DNA of 64,000 nt from Octopus sinensis (taxonomy: Eukaryota). The position numbers and the translations under genes were made by a program. Where the stretch lies: positions 3,472,001 through 3,536,000 of the forward strand of contig NC_042997.1 in NCBI RefSeq assembly GCF_006345805.1, written 5' to 3'. This document shows, in pieces, positions 40,366-54,459 of this stretch. The notes under the pieces are model-generated. The model saw only the letters and a list, made by a program, of their open reading frames with translations, was not told where the DNA came from and did no database searches. Within the stretch, counting starts at the first letter, position 1; each line of letters starts with the position of its first letter.

Positions 40366-41293
40366 CTAGTGTTTAGTGTACCGCTTAAGTACTGTTCACA
40401 ATATACTGTTGTCCAATAAATGTGAGATGACGATGCGTGTAATATTCATGTTTATGTGTGATGCAATTAAAATTCAAATGGGCAAAAGTCACTTCATCAA
40501 TGCTAAGAAAAAAGCGAGGTGAAAAAGAGAGATGTGAAGACAAAGTAACTGAAAAAGAAAGATGTTACCAGGAATTGTAACTTACACATATCATAAGTGA
40601 ACCACTCGTCTCTGTGATTCACTAGGGAGCTTATGAAATCAGCATCTTTGGAAAAATGTTTTGTGCTTCACATCAGCATCGCCTCGCAACAAACAAGAAC
40701 ATTCGTGCTCCATCCTTACCGAGGGATTTCTTCTGAACCGGAGTCTATCATCTGTAGTGTTTCTGAAAATATATTTTCAGAATTTTCTCTATAACATGTT
40801 GCAATATAGATTGGCATCGTTGTCTCTTGTAATAACAATATTTCTAAAGTAGATGCCAACGCCATTCGTTCCTTTCTACGTTTTCTCACCTGTGATTCAT
40901 GTATGTGTTACCTAGGCAACTTTTGTTAAACGAGAACAGATTGAAGGAATCCAGACCTCGAATAGCGCTTTTGTTTTAGTGGGTACATTTCAATGATGTC
41001 TCGTAGAACACACATGCACAATCACCCCTCATATTTATAAAACTACCTCGTACTCCGCCGATCCTCATCTATGCCGCTTGCGTTTTGCCTCTTTCTTTTT
41101 CAGTTACTTTGTCTTCACATCTCCCTTTTTCTCCTCGCTTTTTTTTAGCATTGATGAAGTGACATTTGCCCATTTGAATTTTAATGAATAATAAAAATTA
41201 ATAATACAAATGAATAATACACGCATCGTCATCTCACATTTATTGGACAGCAGTATATTGTGAACAGTACTTAAGCGGTACACTAAACACTAG
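40366..41293. mobile_element. Non-autonomous DNA transposon / foldback element with ~200-bp TIRs
   Basis: 40366-~40562 is the reverse complement of ~41092-41293; the outer ~85 bp differ at only 2 positions; both ends read CTAG. Confidence 0.88.
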
Positions 41294-42460
41294 GTACATC
41301 GGACTCCACATTGTCTGTCGTTTTAGAATTCTGTTCCTGTAAATTTCTCTCGAGGCACTACTTTACAACAAATCAAGAAAAGAAATATTATCTCAAGTTT
41401 CTAATAGTTGCGAGGATAATTATTGATATATCATCCTGTATGCAAATATTAATAATAAATATTAAGATAGCAGTGTTGGACAGTTCTATTAATCTCAGTA
41501 CTAGAGTGGTACTTTATGTTTCGACTTGGAATTTGACCTATAAATATTTGAACTCAGAATTTAAAGAGTCGGAACTTATGCCGCCCAAATTAATTTTCTG
41601 ATGCTATAACAATATCACTCATGCGCTTTATTTGTATGCAATCAAATAAGTAGATCAGTGAGTAAGATAGGTAACATAAGCGTCAGCATTTACCGAAGGA
41701 CGGAGAATTTGCAGTGATATTCTGATTCATTGACAAAAGAAATAATTATGCGTCATGGAGTCATAAGTAATTTTGCACATCTAAATAACAGTTAAACAGG
41801 GCCATATTGTGAGGAAGAGTCATTTATTATTTTCTTCCTTCAAAATAAAATGTCCTTAAAGTCTTGCATAAAAAAGGAACTAATATGCGAAATTGCAATA
41901 TGCTTCCATTTTCTTATGTATTAACGTAGTAATTCGAAATGACAAGTCTAATGAAATCTGATACGCTAAGGATTTCTCAATCGTATTTGAGCTGTCCTCG
42001 ACTCGAAATTCGGAATAGCAACATGTGATAAATTCCTCAGTCCGAAACACTTGAATACTTAACTTATTATTATTATTCTTCTATAATATATTCCATTCAC
42101 ATCTTGAAAGCATACATGAATATTTTATGTCATTACTTGACAGATTCCTTATGTAAATGAAGTTGAATTGTTGCAAAGTAATTTGACCTGACCGGGATTT
42201 AAAATCAGAAACTAAGGGCCTGTAAATAAATTATAATATTCATTTAATTTTGAACTTCTTTACGCAAAGAAATGCTGCTCAGATCATTCATGTAATTTAC
42301 TGTATAGAAAAGTCCTAACTATATCCAACAAATATTTGTCCAACTACGAACAGTACATATTACAGCGTATCTATGATTAATGTTCATACTCACGTTACAT
42401 CTATACACACACACATGCATGCACCTATAATGGCACGAATGAACATGCAGTTATAAATAC

Positions 42461-42564
<104 letters not shown>

Positions 42565-43799
42565 CATACATATATTGCGTGAAGATACGTCTGTATGAAT
42601 ATTTATAAAAATATGTATATTCAGACAATCTACAGGTAGGAGAGGGTTACTCTGTTCCGGTTTCAAAAACACTCGTTAAAGTTCCCTACGCCATTGCAAT
42701 ATTATATGCAGTTATTAAAACACTGATATTCCTCAACATTTGCAAGTAACGTAACCATCAATCGAATTACGTTAAGGAATTTCATCCTTACCTGCTTAAA
42801 CAGTGATGCGGAAATTTTGCTATGGCTATGCCTCCTACGTGCCCACACCATGTAAACATTTTCTTCTATGATGACTATCACATCCACGTATCGTTAAATA
42901 TCTCACATGAATTGACAACAATATAAACTGTATTAATAAATGTCGCAGAAATCCGTGGGAGATGTTTGCTATAATGGAGACCAACAAGTGGCATCGCAGC
43001 AGTTTCACAAACTTGTTTCTTCTCGGTGGCCCAAGGTTTCAAGTAACCATTGAATCTTAAATATTGTCATAGAAACTGTTTGAATGTTCAAAACATTCCT
43101 ACTTCGTGATGATGGAACTTGACGGTTCAGGTATTACGTCCATTCATTTTGAGATATTAGGTATTTACTGTGCTCAGTGTGGGAAGCATAATGTTAGATG
43201 ATATGAAGAATATGCTAGTAGAGAAGGGTTTCGATTTAGTGACCTTAACTAATAATCACGTGCACACGCACGCGCATGTGTGTGTGTGTGTGTACTTATG
43301 TGTGTATGTGAGTGTGTATGCATTGCATGCGTGTGCGTATAACATACACGATGGAAGAAATATAAAAATATATTAATTTAATTTCTGAGGTAATATTTTG
43401 CAGGAATAAAGACAGAAACCTATGTCGAAGAAAAGCTTGCAGAAGGTGAAATATAATAATATAAGATTTCCTAACAATTTTATATAACTGGTAAGTAATA
43501 CTGAAATGTTATATTAGCACAATAATATACTTCTATATTTAGTTACGCGTTTCAATAATTTGAAAATTTCTAAAAGCAATGCAGAAACATCGACAAAGTT
43601 ATAGAATCTGAATATTCGGAACTGTCTGTTTTTTGGCATCTACCCAACCACAGACAAAATCACGCACACACATACACACACATAGACATTAATGCAGTTA
43701 TATACATACACACACATAGGCACTCATTCACAAAAGAAAACAACAAAATCACCATTCATATGACCTGCACCCTATCACCTTCCTATTCTTAGGCCTACC

Positions 43800-44103
43800 T
43801 CCTCCAACCTTGTTTGAACCCCTGAACCTTCTAGAATCTTCTACATTCAACCATTTTTGACGTCACTGCTTATAACGGAATATTTTAAAGAAACACTCAT
43901 TATCGCTATGGGCTCCGTGTGGGCAGTCATCTAAAAGTTTTTGTGCATCTTGATGCTGACATAAGTTCCTTGATTTTCCTGATGAGAAGGCGGCATAATG
44001 CACCCCTTATTCCTTCGAAATTAGGAATATGCAGCCTTCGAAACATATGTCGAAAATAAAGGAATTTTGTTAATTCGTCGTTCAACTCCATTCTTTCATT
44101 TAT
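43800..44103 (+). mobile_element. Second copy of the hammerhead-bearing Penelope-type terminal repeat (no coding part seen)
   Basis: Shares TTTGACGTCA..AAACACTCATTATCGCT..GTCATC..CTGATGAGAAG..CTCCATTCTTTCATTTATT with 37280-37520. Confidence 0.8.
43966..44064 (+). ncRNA. Type I hammerhead ribozyme, intact core
   Basis: CUGAUGA 43979-43985; stem II GAAGGC/GCCUUC; GAAA 44040-44043; stem III ACAUAUGU; GUC (cleavage after 44051); stem I AUUUUC/GAAAAU plus UUCCUU/AAGGAA. Confidence 0.88.
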
Positions 44104-44584
44104 TTGTATATATATATATATATAGATATAATATATATACATATATACATACATACATATATATATATATGTGTGTGTGTGTGCGCTTATATATGAATAT
44201 AGTTATCTAAATGCAGTGTTGACCAAGCATACACATGGCTCCCCACTATCATATAAAGATACGCGCATGCACACCTATATGTAAATTCTTTTCTATTTTT
44301 TTTTTTTTGTTTAAGTTGCCCGTTTAAGCATGGAGCAAATTTCCAACATAGATACAAAGCAACGTTTTCGGAATGCAAAACCCGAAATCAATGTCCCTTT
44401 TAAAACTCGAGGAAAGTCATGCAGGTTATTACTTCCCCACTATGAAGCTACTATACAACACTATAAGGCCTAGTCCTGGAAGGAACTGCAGATTCGTCAT
44501 TTTCGGAAAATGGATAAACTACCTCATTATTCACTTTCTTAATATTATTACATTTTAATATGGAAATAGCGAGCTAGAAGAATC

Positions 44585-44780
44585 GTAAGTACGCCAGGGA
44601 AATGCTTAGCGACTTTTTATCCATCCATGAGGTTATGTATTCAAATTGCACTGAGGTCGACTTTGTCTTCCATCGTTTCGGAGAGGAAGCAAGTAACAGT
44701 TAAACACTGGGGTCGATGTAATCGACTGGCTGCTTCCTTCAAATTTGAGGGCTGGTGTCTCTATTAGAAATGATTATTAC
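44585..44780 (+). mobile_element. SINE (third family, GAGGTCGACTTTG..GGGGTCGATGTAATCGAC core)
   Basis: Same core occurs on the minus strand at 55640-55830 and, more degenerately, near 49720-49830 and 54880-55030. Confidence 0.65.
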
Positions 44781-44789
44781 ATTTTAATA

Positions 44790-45496
44790 TACGAGGGCAA
44801 ATCGAAAATTATTCGCACTTTCGTCATATCTTTATTATTGTCACACTGCCTTCTGCGCAAGTGCACTTATAGTTGAAAATATTGTGATCTCCTGATCGAA
44901 GTTTAAGCTTGATCTCGCTATTTTCATTTTTGTTTCTGGCATTAAAGTGTAAGCAAGACCGCCCCACTAGCAATGTGCACTAAAGAAGAACGAAGAGTAA
45001 TGATCCGATTTTTCTAGAAAAAGGGGCATCCGATCAACAATGCTTTGGTGGTCAACACAATAAATTCAGCAATTTGCTCCAAACTCCGAAGCCTATGGTC
45101 GAAGAAAGTTTTGTTGTTGCATGGTAATGCACGCCCACACACGGCGCCCCTGGCCGTTGAAGCCAATAAGCAATTGGATTTTGAAGTGTACTGAAACACT
45201 CTGCCTACAGCCCAGATTCCGTCCCTTCTCACTGTCATATCGTTAGATCGCTCAATGATGGTTTATGTCGTCGTCGATTTCCTACGGATGAAAATATGAA
45301 GGAAGTGGTGCAGAAATGGTTGCACGGCAAACCGAAAAACTTCTTGGAGGAAATACGCAAGCTTGTGGACCGCTGAACTAAGTTCATCGAAAAAGCAGAA
45401 GACTATATAGAAAAATGATATACTTGTTTATCCCCTGATTTGCATCAAATATATTGATAAAACAAGAGTTCGTATAATTTTTGTCTCTCCTTCGGA
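44790..45496 (+). mobile_element. Internally deleted mariner element with both TIRs
   Basis: TACGAGGGCAAATCGAAAATTATTCG left end and degenerate complement at 45469-45496; N-terminal MCTKEERRVMIRF joined to C-terminal LLHGNARPHTA, AYSPDS and EDYIEK*. Confidence 0.8.
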
Positions 45497-46489
45497 TATA
45501 TATATAATGATACTGAAAACCATACATATTATTCGTTCTGTGCTGCCCGGTACTAAATGCTCCCTAGCCCTGCCCTGGCCCCAACCCAGTGGATTAAAAT
45601 AAATTATTGAGGCCGAAGTTTACCACGAACCTGGTGTAATTGCAACTCCAAGACAAGACTATATGAGAATAACGCTGATAAAATAGTAGCTTTTTTCTAA
45701 ATTCCTGCACTGCCTAGTGAAGTTACTGTAATTAAACGTGAAATTAGACTGCTTCTCATTTGATTTCTCTCTCTGGTAGAAATGACAGCAATATATTGCT
45801 TTTGGTATTCACTTTTAAATAATGAAGGACATATTCATGACTTGAACTTTAAAAATAATGCTGCTTATACCTGTTTCGTTGTTATCCTAATCGATCTCGG
45901 CCTATTTCGGAATAAGCGACAACAATGATTCATTTAATGCCCATCGGAAACAATAAATCTTATAAATCACTTTTTTCTTGTCTCATAAATTACAGAAAAC
46001 GGTGCTTAGTCAAGCGAGAACCAATATATATTTATACAAAATATGAGGTTTCAGTAAAAGTTATATCTACTTGTATTTGTAAGATGAAATACATACTTAC
46101 AATTGTACTATATGAAGTAAGAATAATTTTTCAAAAGTGTTGTTTATTACCCTCTAGTGTAATGAAAGATGTATATTTAAAAAACAACAACAGTATATTA
46201 AAAGAACAACCGAGAAAACGTGCTGCTAAGAGTCTGAAGAGAATGATTCGTAAATTTCACATAACTGGTTGAGTTAATATGCCATAGAGGGACGCAAGTA
46301 CACTTGTGATGTGACCACTACATTTGAATATAAAGAACAATGTTCATAATGCTGAGAGTAGTCGTAATTGTATTTTCCCACTAGCTTCATATACTTTTCA
46401 TCTTTATCGGATTGAGTCCTTTGACTGCACCCATTTTATTTGTTTTAGCCCTTTGCATTGAAGGGATTTATAATCGAAAAAATCGCCTC

Positions 46490-46865
46490 CAGGACTTACT
46501 ATTATCCTTTCTTTTCAAGCTTAGTACTTATTACATAGGTCACTTTTGACGAACCCCTAACATACGGGGATATAAACACACCAACACCGATTGTAAAGCG
46601 GTGAGGAATTAACAAAATTTGACACAAGTCAGACACATACGTACAGACGCAAACACATACATAGATACAGATACAGACACACATTCGCAAACACACGGAG
46701 ATACACACACACACACACACGCACGGTTCTTTTAGTTTCCATCAACAAAATCTACTCGCAAGTCTTTAATCAACCGGAGAGTATAATAGAATATACGCAC
46801 CCAAGATGCCACACAGTGGATAGGACTGAGCCGGAACCATGTAATTGTGAAACATGCCTTCACTT
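46490..46865 (-). mobile_element. Composite SINE (same family as 20737-21160)
   Basis: TAGTACTTATT..AACACACCAACACCG..(CA)n..TTTAGTTTCCATC..GCCACACAGTG..CCGGAACCATG. Confidence 0.7.
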
Positions 46866-47428
46866 ACATAAATAGATAAGTAAAGACGCATACACACACA
46901 CACACTCACACACAGATAAATACACATACGTATGTGCGAAGACAGATTCAGAAATATTCCTAAGAAGCTATCACATTCTGTAATGTATTAAAACAAAAAA
47001 TTGTGTGGCATACTTCGCATACACAGATATGGTATTTCACTACATGAACATATTAATTCAAGATCACCTGTTCGGATAGTAGTTCACAATCAGAGGCGTA
47101 GTAAATTCCGAAGACGATAGCAAATAAAGATGGTACTTGAAGTGTGTGATTATATGTATATGAGTTTTATTATAAATATCGGGTAAAATATATATTTCGA
47201 AATTATATACTATGGTTCGCTTATGAGGAGAATATCTTAAAATAGGAGAAATCGGATATTTTATTTAGTTTTTAATATATGAGTGTACGTGTATATATAT
47301 ATATACATATATATATATAATGCCGGCGTTTCTTCAAAAATTTGCCAAAGATTATTAATCATTAATAAAATCAGGCTGAGGAAAGTGGTAGAAAAATCTT
47401 CAAAAATGTTTTCTTACACTGATTTTAG

Positions 47429-47472
<44 letters not shown>

Positions 47473-47504
47473 ATATATATATTCTCTTATTCTTATCTTA
47501 TTTT

Positions 47505-47700
47505 ATTGTTTCAGGGATTTGACTGCGGTCATGCTTGAGCAATACCTTCAGTCAAACATATTGACACCATGACGTATTCTTTGTAAGTCTAGTATCTATA
47601 TTATCAGTGTCTTTTCGACGAACCGCTAGGACGTAACCACACCAACAACGTTCGTCAAATGGAGGGAGACAAAGAAAGACACAAAAAAGAAACACATGTC
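47505..47700 (-). mobile_element. 3' half of the composite SINE
   Basis: TTCAGGGATTTGACTGCGGTCATGCTTGAGCA..GAACCGCTAGGACGTAACCACACCAACA matches 20737-20930. Confidence 0.7.
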
Positions 47701-48403
47701 AGAGCTAGGTGATATGCGTTCTTATGCATATCACCTTGCTTAGGGAGGCAAAATGCATCTGAAAATAGCTAGACAGATTGATTGATATACACAGCTATAC
47801 ATGCACACAAGCATATATAAGCAAACTACAGGACCACACGTACAACTATATATACGAATATACATATACAACCATACATCACGTATACACACAGCCGAGA
47901 ATGTTACTGGTGTTAGTTTTAAACTTATTACTGAGAAACATAGAAATAAACAGGCACTCACTCAACCACAGGCACATTAACATTCTAATTCTGAAGTACT
48001 TAATCATAAATTTTCTACGGACAATTAAGTTAGTTAACATTAAACTATATTCCATAGATTTATTATTTTGGTAATTCTGAATTACATTCTTTAACAAAAT
48101 GTTTGCATTATTTCTTACAAAGATATATTTCACTGACTTAGGTAGTCATTCATTTTTTGAAGAATTATATTTCTAAATCAATTTATCGATTCACATGTTT
48201 CAGAAAACATTTTTACATAAACACAATACAGTCATTTCGTACATTCAAATCTAAATTGTATGAAATTGTGAACACATTACGCTCATACCGCTTTTAGATT
48301 AACATAAAAGTGAAAGCGAAATGCCAAAAACAACAAAACAAAGTGAGAAACAAAATACCAGCATTTGTAATATATATATATACATATATATATGTATATA
48401 TAC

Positions 48404-48435
<32 letters not shown>

Positions 48436-48564
48436 GTGTTGTGTGTGTGTGTGTGTATGTATATATATGTAAATTTATATATTCGTACGTATGTATCTAT
48501 AAGTATATATATGTACATATGCCAATATATAGTGTATATTTGTGCGTGTGTCTTTATATGTACG

Positions 48565-48632
<68 letters not shown>

Positions 48633-50699
48633 TGTGTGAGTGAGTATGTGCGCGCATGTGTGTGCATATTTATATGCATATATATGCACATATATCTATA
48701 TACGTATAAGTATAAAATCCTTTTCATATGAAGTTCCTGGTTATTGAAATAAGGACACTTTTATGCAATGAAATATGCAATATATATTATAATATGTATT
48801 TCATCTATTTTTATTTGAATATTAACTCTGTGTCTGAATCTATTGTTTCGGTTTATTGTTATGTTCTCACCAGGAGCAAAATATGTATGGGGTACATGTT
48901 GAGATTAAAAGAATAATCTGAAACGTCTGATTCAGTCTAATTCACGTATGCAGACACCATTTCGAATGAATTACATGCATACAAATGTATTTTCATATAT
49001 GTATATACTTACGTGCACATATACACGCACACATATAAATATATATAGGGAGAGAGAGAAAGAGCGAAAAAGTAATAGGCACATAGATATATAGATAGAT
49101 AGACAGGTACGTAGGTAGGTAGATATATAGATAATAGATGGATAGATAATAGATGGATAGATAGATAGATAGATATATAGATAGATAGTTAGATAGATCG
49201 ATCGATAGAGGGACAGGTAGATAGATCGATAGATACATATATAGATAGATACATAAATAGATAGACAGATAGTTGGATAGTCGAAACACATCAGACTGTT
49301 TGCATGTTTACTTAAACCAGTAATTTCGTTAAGTCGTTTTTGAGAATATAGCCCTTCTTAGGTCCATGTCATTCTAGTTATCGCCATCGATAATATCCAG
49401 GTCTACACACTACAACGTTTTCATCCATAGCAATCATATTGAGCGAACAGTGACTCCACTCTCAGGTTTAATTAATCTGTATATATCTCAATGTGTTGCT
49501 TTCAATCATCTTATCGATTATTAATCAATCATCTTATCGATTCATGGATGAACTTATTTAGAAATTACAATTTCTCATTTTTGAAAATTGTTTTAAAATC
49601 ATATTGTAATATGAAAATCATTGTTTTAAATGTAAATATCTCAAATAATGTATTCTCAACTGGTTTGTATGAAAAAGTTGTCACTAATATACATTCGTTT
49701 CTAATCTAGGCAAAAAGCGCGAAATTTTGGGTAGGAGCTAGTTGATTAGATCGACCCCAGTAAGACAAACGAACTACTGCTAAGTATTTCACCCGGCGTG
49801 TTAGCGTTTCTGCCAGCTCACCGTCTTTAACAATACATATTTTGACTGAGATCGTAGCAGCAATTCTACCAGAGATAGGAATCCTTATGTGGCTCTAGTA
49901 CACCATTTGCTATGTTTTCACAGATCTCATGAAGAATTCAGTGCATAGTCTATAACCTCTGAATATAACTGAAATGATATATCTAATCCATAATGGGCCA
50001 TTCTTCAAAGACTAACATAACTGTAAATATCGATATCGTGATATTTGGTTGTAAGAATCGCATGTACGATAAGTAGAGTATAACCCGAGGACATATACTA
50101 ATCTATAATCTTATATACACGTTATTTTCTTCTGCGTTAGCACAGAAATTCCAGAGATCAAATATTATTGCAGAAGAAATTTTAAGAGATCGATGTTGAT
50201 AAAATATATACTTATAAAATCAATAGCGTATGAACTCGACGTTTTGGAATATATGGATACATATAATTACTACTGATAATATACATCTTTTTTTTTAAAT
50301 ATCAGAAAGGGACGTCCCAACATTCTAAACGCGGAGTAGATAAAACTGATGAAGGGATTGTTCTTTGTGTTCCCTATCTGGTTTCTCTCTTCGTTCGTTT
50401 ACCATACGTTTGTTTTTTTATGTACTCGTTTTTCCTTTGATCACGTTTTTATGTCGTCCTGTATCCATATATGCATTGTATATATATATATATGTACATG
50501 GAGGTATGTACATATATGTATGTATATATGCATATATATTTATATTATTTATATTATTATATGATCGAAGGACACGCATCAATTTCCAAGTATATATATA
50601 TATATATATTATATATATATATATACGAGACCAAACCCAAAATAAAAAGAAACGTTCTCTGTGGGACAAGCCCATTGTAGTTCAGGTTTGCGCCACTAG

Positions 50700-51120
50700 A
50701 ATCCACCTGATGCGAGCCACACGCAACAGTCTACGCAGCGATGTTGTACTGTGATATCATACTGCCATGTGGTGCGTCTGTATTTTGCACTGCTCCCCCT
50801 GTTCGTCGATTTTTCCAACTGGTGATAAAAACGACGGCCGAAAATATAGGTTTGCTTCAAACAGATTACGAAAACGCTGACATGAGTAAAAAACGATTTT
50901 ACGGGAGTTTCTTGACTATAAATAACACGACACGCCTACACACCTTCCCTAATAACACGTTCTTACCTTTTAACGCGACCTACGACATTTTTGTTCCCCC
51001 GAGGAAAAAGTGTTCTTAATGCAAACATTTTGCAGAGTTGAAACAGATGCAGTGTTAAAAGGCATCACTCCGCAAGAGATCTAGGGTTGCTCTCCAAACA
51101 GTGGTAAATACGTTTGGAAC
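50700..51120 (+). mobile_element. Heavily decayed mariner relic
   Basis: Fragments resembling D.P.DF.LFP, RVETDAVLKGITPQE and FQQW..R (mariner C-terminus). Confidence 0.4.
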
Positions 51121-51315
51121 ATTTCTTGTTCCTCAAAGAGAAGATAAACGGTTTTTAATTTAATTCTTTATATAATTTTATTGATATTTGATAAGATGTG
51201 ATTCATCAAAAACCGGTAGCATTTTCTTTATATAATATTTATAATCACTTTTATAATCCCTCTTAAATTGAAATGTCTCAGTTTTACTGCTGTGCTTATT
51301 TCCACCTCCATATTA

Positions 51316-51412
<97 letters not shown>

Positions 51413-51509
51413 TGTATGTATGTATGTATGTTTCTATCTATCTATATATCTATATATATATATAATATATTATATATATACATATATATGTATATGTATA
51501 TACATATAT

Positions 51510-51566
<57 letters not shown>

Positions 51567-51700
51567 CTTCTACATGCCCTGATACAGTTGGTATCTACAT
51601 ATTAAATTTGAGCGCAATCGGATGGAGGGTGCCCGAGATCCTAGAGGTCACCCACACACACAGAACGATTTTATATAATGTATATATATATATATATTTC

Positions 51701-52658
51701 AATAATTAAAGGGTAAAATTTATCAATTAAATTAGTTAATTAATCGATTAATCGATAATTTTACCAAATAGTTCCGTACGTTAAAATAACCTTTATAGGT
51801 TAAATTGGATGAATATTCTGTAATTAAACATAATTATAATTAGAGGTCATCTAATTGCTTCACCACCTACCGAATTTAGGTATATGAGTAAAATTTTACA
51901 TTTCTACTACCGTGAGAATCTCCTAGACAGTAGCACACTTTCTTACGTAGGCAAAGAGGAAAATATTGAATCAACACTATTTCGATTAGTCACAGACGCG
52001 TTTCGAGATTAAAGTATTTAATTTACATACTTCCTCTCATCGGTGTAGCATTTCGCTTATAAAATTTGAATGTGTTTGGGTTAAATACGCAGATGACCGA
52101 GCGACATCGTGTAACAGATATCGAACCAATACTTCCAAATTTTACACAACCTAATGTGAATACATATCTACCCCTTGTACCCACGTGTATGTCACGAGCA
52201 GTACCGCAGAAAACTGCATGATTCGATCAGGGAGTAAATTATGATTTAAAATTAATAAAAGGATAATATGTTATAACATTTTGAGGAAAGGGCAAATTTT
52301 ACTATAGAAATACGAGTCTGAAGGTAAGTAAGTAAATTAAATACTTTAATCTCGAAACGCGTCTCTGAAGAATCGAGGTCGTGTTGATTCATTATTTTTC
52401 TCTTTGCTTATGTAAAAAGGTGTTACTATCTGGGAGACTCTGAGGGTAGTAGAAAAGTAATTTTTAACTCCTACTTCTAAATGTTGTATTTGGTGAAGCA
52501 ATTAGCTGACCCCTAATCATAATTATTTTTCTAATTACGGAATATTTGTGTAATTTTATCTATAAAGTTTATCTTAACGTACCGATTGACTTCGTAAAAT
52601 TAGTAATTAATTCGTTGATTAAATAATTTAACTAATTAATTTTATCTTTTTATTATTA
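51701..52658. repeat. Diverged ~330-bp inverted repeat pair with hammerhead-like motifs at the inner ends
   Basis: 51701-52032 is the reverse complement of 52326-52658 (roughly three quarters identical by eye); both carry CTCGAAACGCGTC; ~290-bp spacer; (TA)n outside both arms. Confidence 0.85.
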
Positions 52659-53830
52659 ATATATACATTTATATATATATATTGAAAGAGGAGGGAGAGA
52701 CAGAGAGAGGTAAGGAGAGATATGTACACACACACACATATATATATATATATATGTACGTATCTATGCAAAGGTATATAAATGTTCGCTACATATTGTC
52801 ATATAAAAAATATCAAATGGGTAATATGAAGATAATATGAGCTTATAATAAGTGAACCTAGGAATATTCCTCAAAATACTCAGAATTGTTTAAGACCAAG
52901 ATTTAAGTCCAAGTGAAAATAATCTCAAGGTAAGTGTTGCCTGAAAGAAATTTATATCTCGAATACATAACAAAACGATACAATGCGGCCCTACACTTAT
53001 ATATGCCTGTATACTATTTATAAAAGTGATCATAACATAAAATAAACCTTTTGGATTGAAAAAAAATTTCAGTGACACTTTATTATGGAATAACATTTGT
53101 GTACATATTAGTTTAATAATACGAATAATAAATTAAAACATATAATCATTGCATAATCACTATGCTGGAATAAGTTGAAGCGTTGAGTTTTCTGCTCAGA
53201 AGGAAAATAGTTAAATTCAAATTCTCTAATACTATACAGATATTTATATGCTTATGTAACACCACTGAAAAGACGGTGAGAAAAAAATCTCCACTTTTTT
53301 CTATACTTGTCTGTTCTCTATTATCTATCTGTCCTTTTTACCTACACCCTTTCACTATCGATCTCAGAGCCGTCCAATCTCAGCTTTACGATGTTATTTT
53401 TTATTCTGGATTATTATATTGACTTCAATATCGGTTAATAGTTAATGAACGTTCGTTTTTTCATTAATCCATCTGCAGAGACAATTCGGAGCTTTAACGC
53501 TTCCAAATTGAAATTTTAACGTTTTATGATTTTACATTAATAGCAATTACTACTGTTTTCATGTGTATTATTTTATCAATATGTCCACCTGTTTGCATAA
53601 TACATTATCACATTAACCAGTCACTGATTTTTTGTAATATTTCTGAAGAATATTATGGACCCTGCTTTTTCTTTCAGAAAACGTGTATGTTTACGCTTAT
53701 ATAAAATCTTTTATAATTGCTTTAATGGCATGTATAAATGTTTATCCATCTTTTGTCTCTTCATATTTATATATGTGTGTGAGTGTTTATTGTGTGTGCG
53801 CGTGTCTATATATGTGTGTATTTATGTGTG

Positions 53831-53900
<70 letters not shown>

Positions 53901-54315
53901 TGTGTGTGTGCACATATACGCACATCCATAGAAGTAAAGGAAGATTGTACGAGAAGCAATGGATGGATGCATATCCAGTAATGTATATAAGAGTTTGAGG
54001 TAATGTAGATTAATAAATTTCATGTTCATCAGAGTTTGAAAAGTATTATTAAATTTACTGAATATTTCAATGAAATAGCAATTTTGGAACAAAAAGTGCG
54101 ACATTAATTTTGCACTGAAAGAAATTATTTTCATTTTTGTGTTGCTCACGAACTTTCATCATGTCATGCTACAGGGTACAAGCTTCAAATATTAAGTGTA
54201 TGATAGTTCCAACGTTATATATTAGAATAAGTAGTACATACAGACTATATATGTGCGCATGTGTGTGCCTGTGTATATATGTATATATCTATTAATACAC
54301 AAACACAAATATCTA

Positions 54316-54354
<39 letters not shown>

Positions 54355-54401
54355 ACACACACATATATATATATATATTTATCTTTGTATGTATGTATAT
54401 A

Positions 54402-54459
<58 letters not shown>

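Noticed and set aside
42702-42887. Possible host exon (61-aa non-repetitive ORF)
   Set aside because: No recognisable domain or splice context; the length is expected by chance.
50346-50385. CTGATGA followed by an AGGGA/TCCCT stem
   Set aside because: No GAAA after the stem, so the hammerhead core is incomplete.
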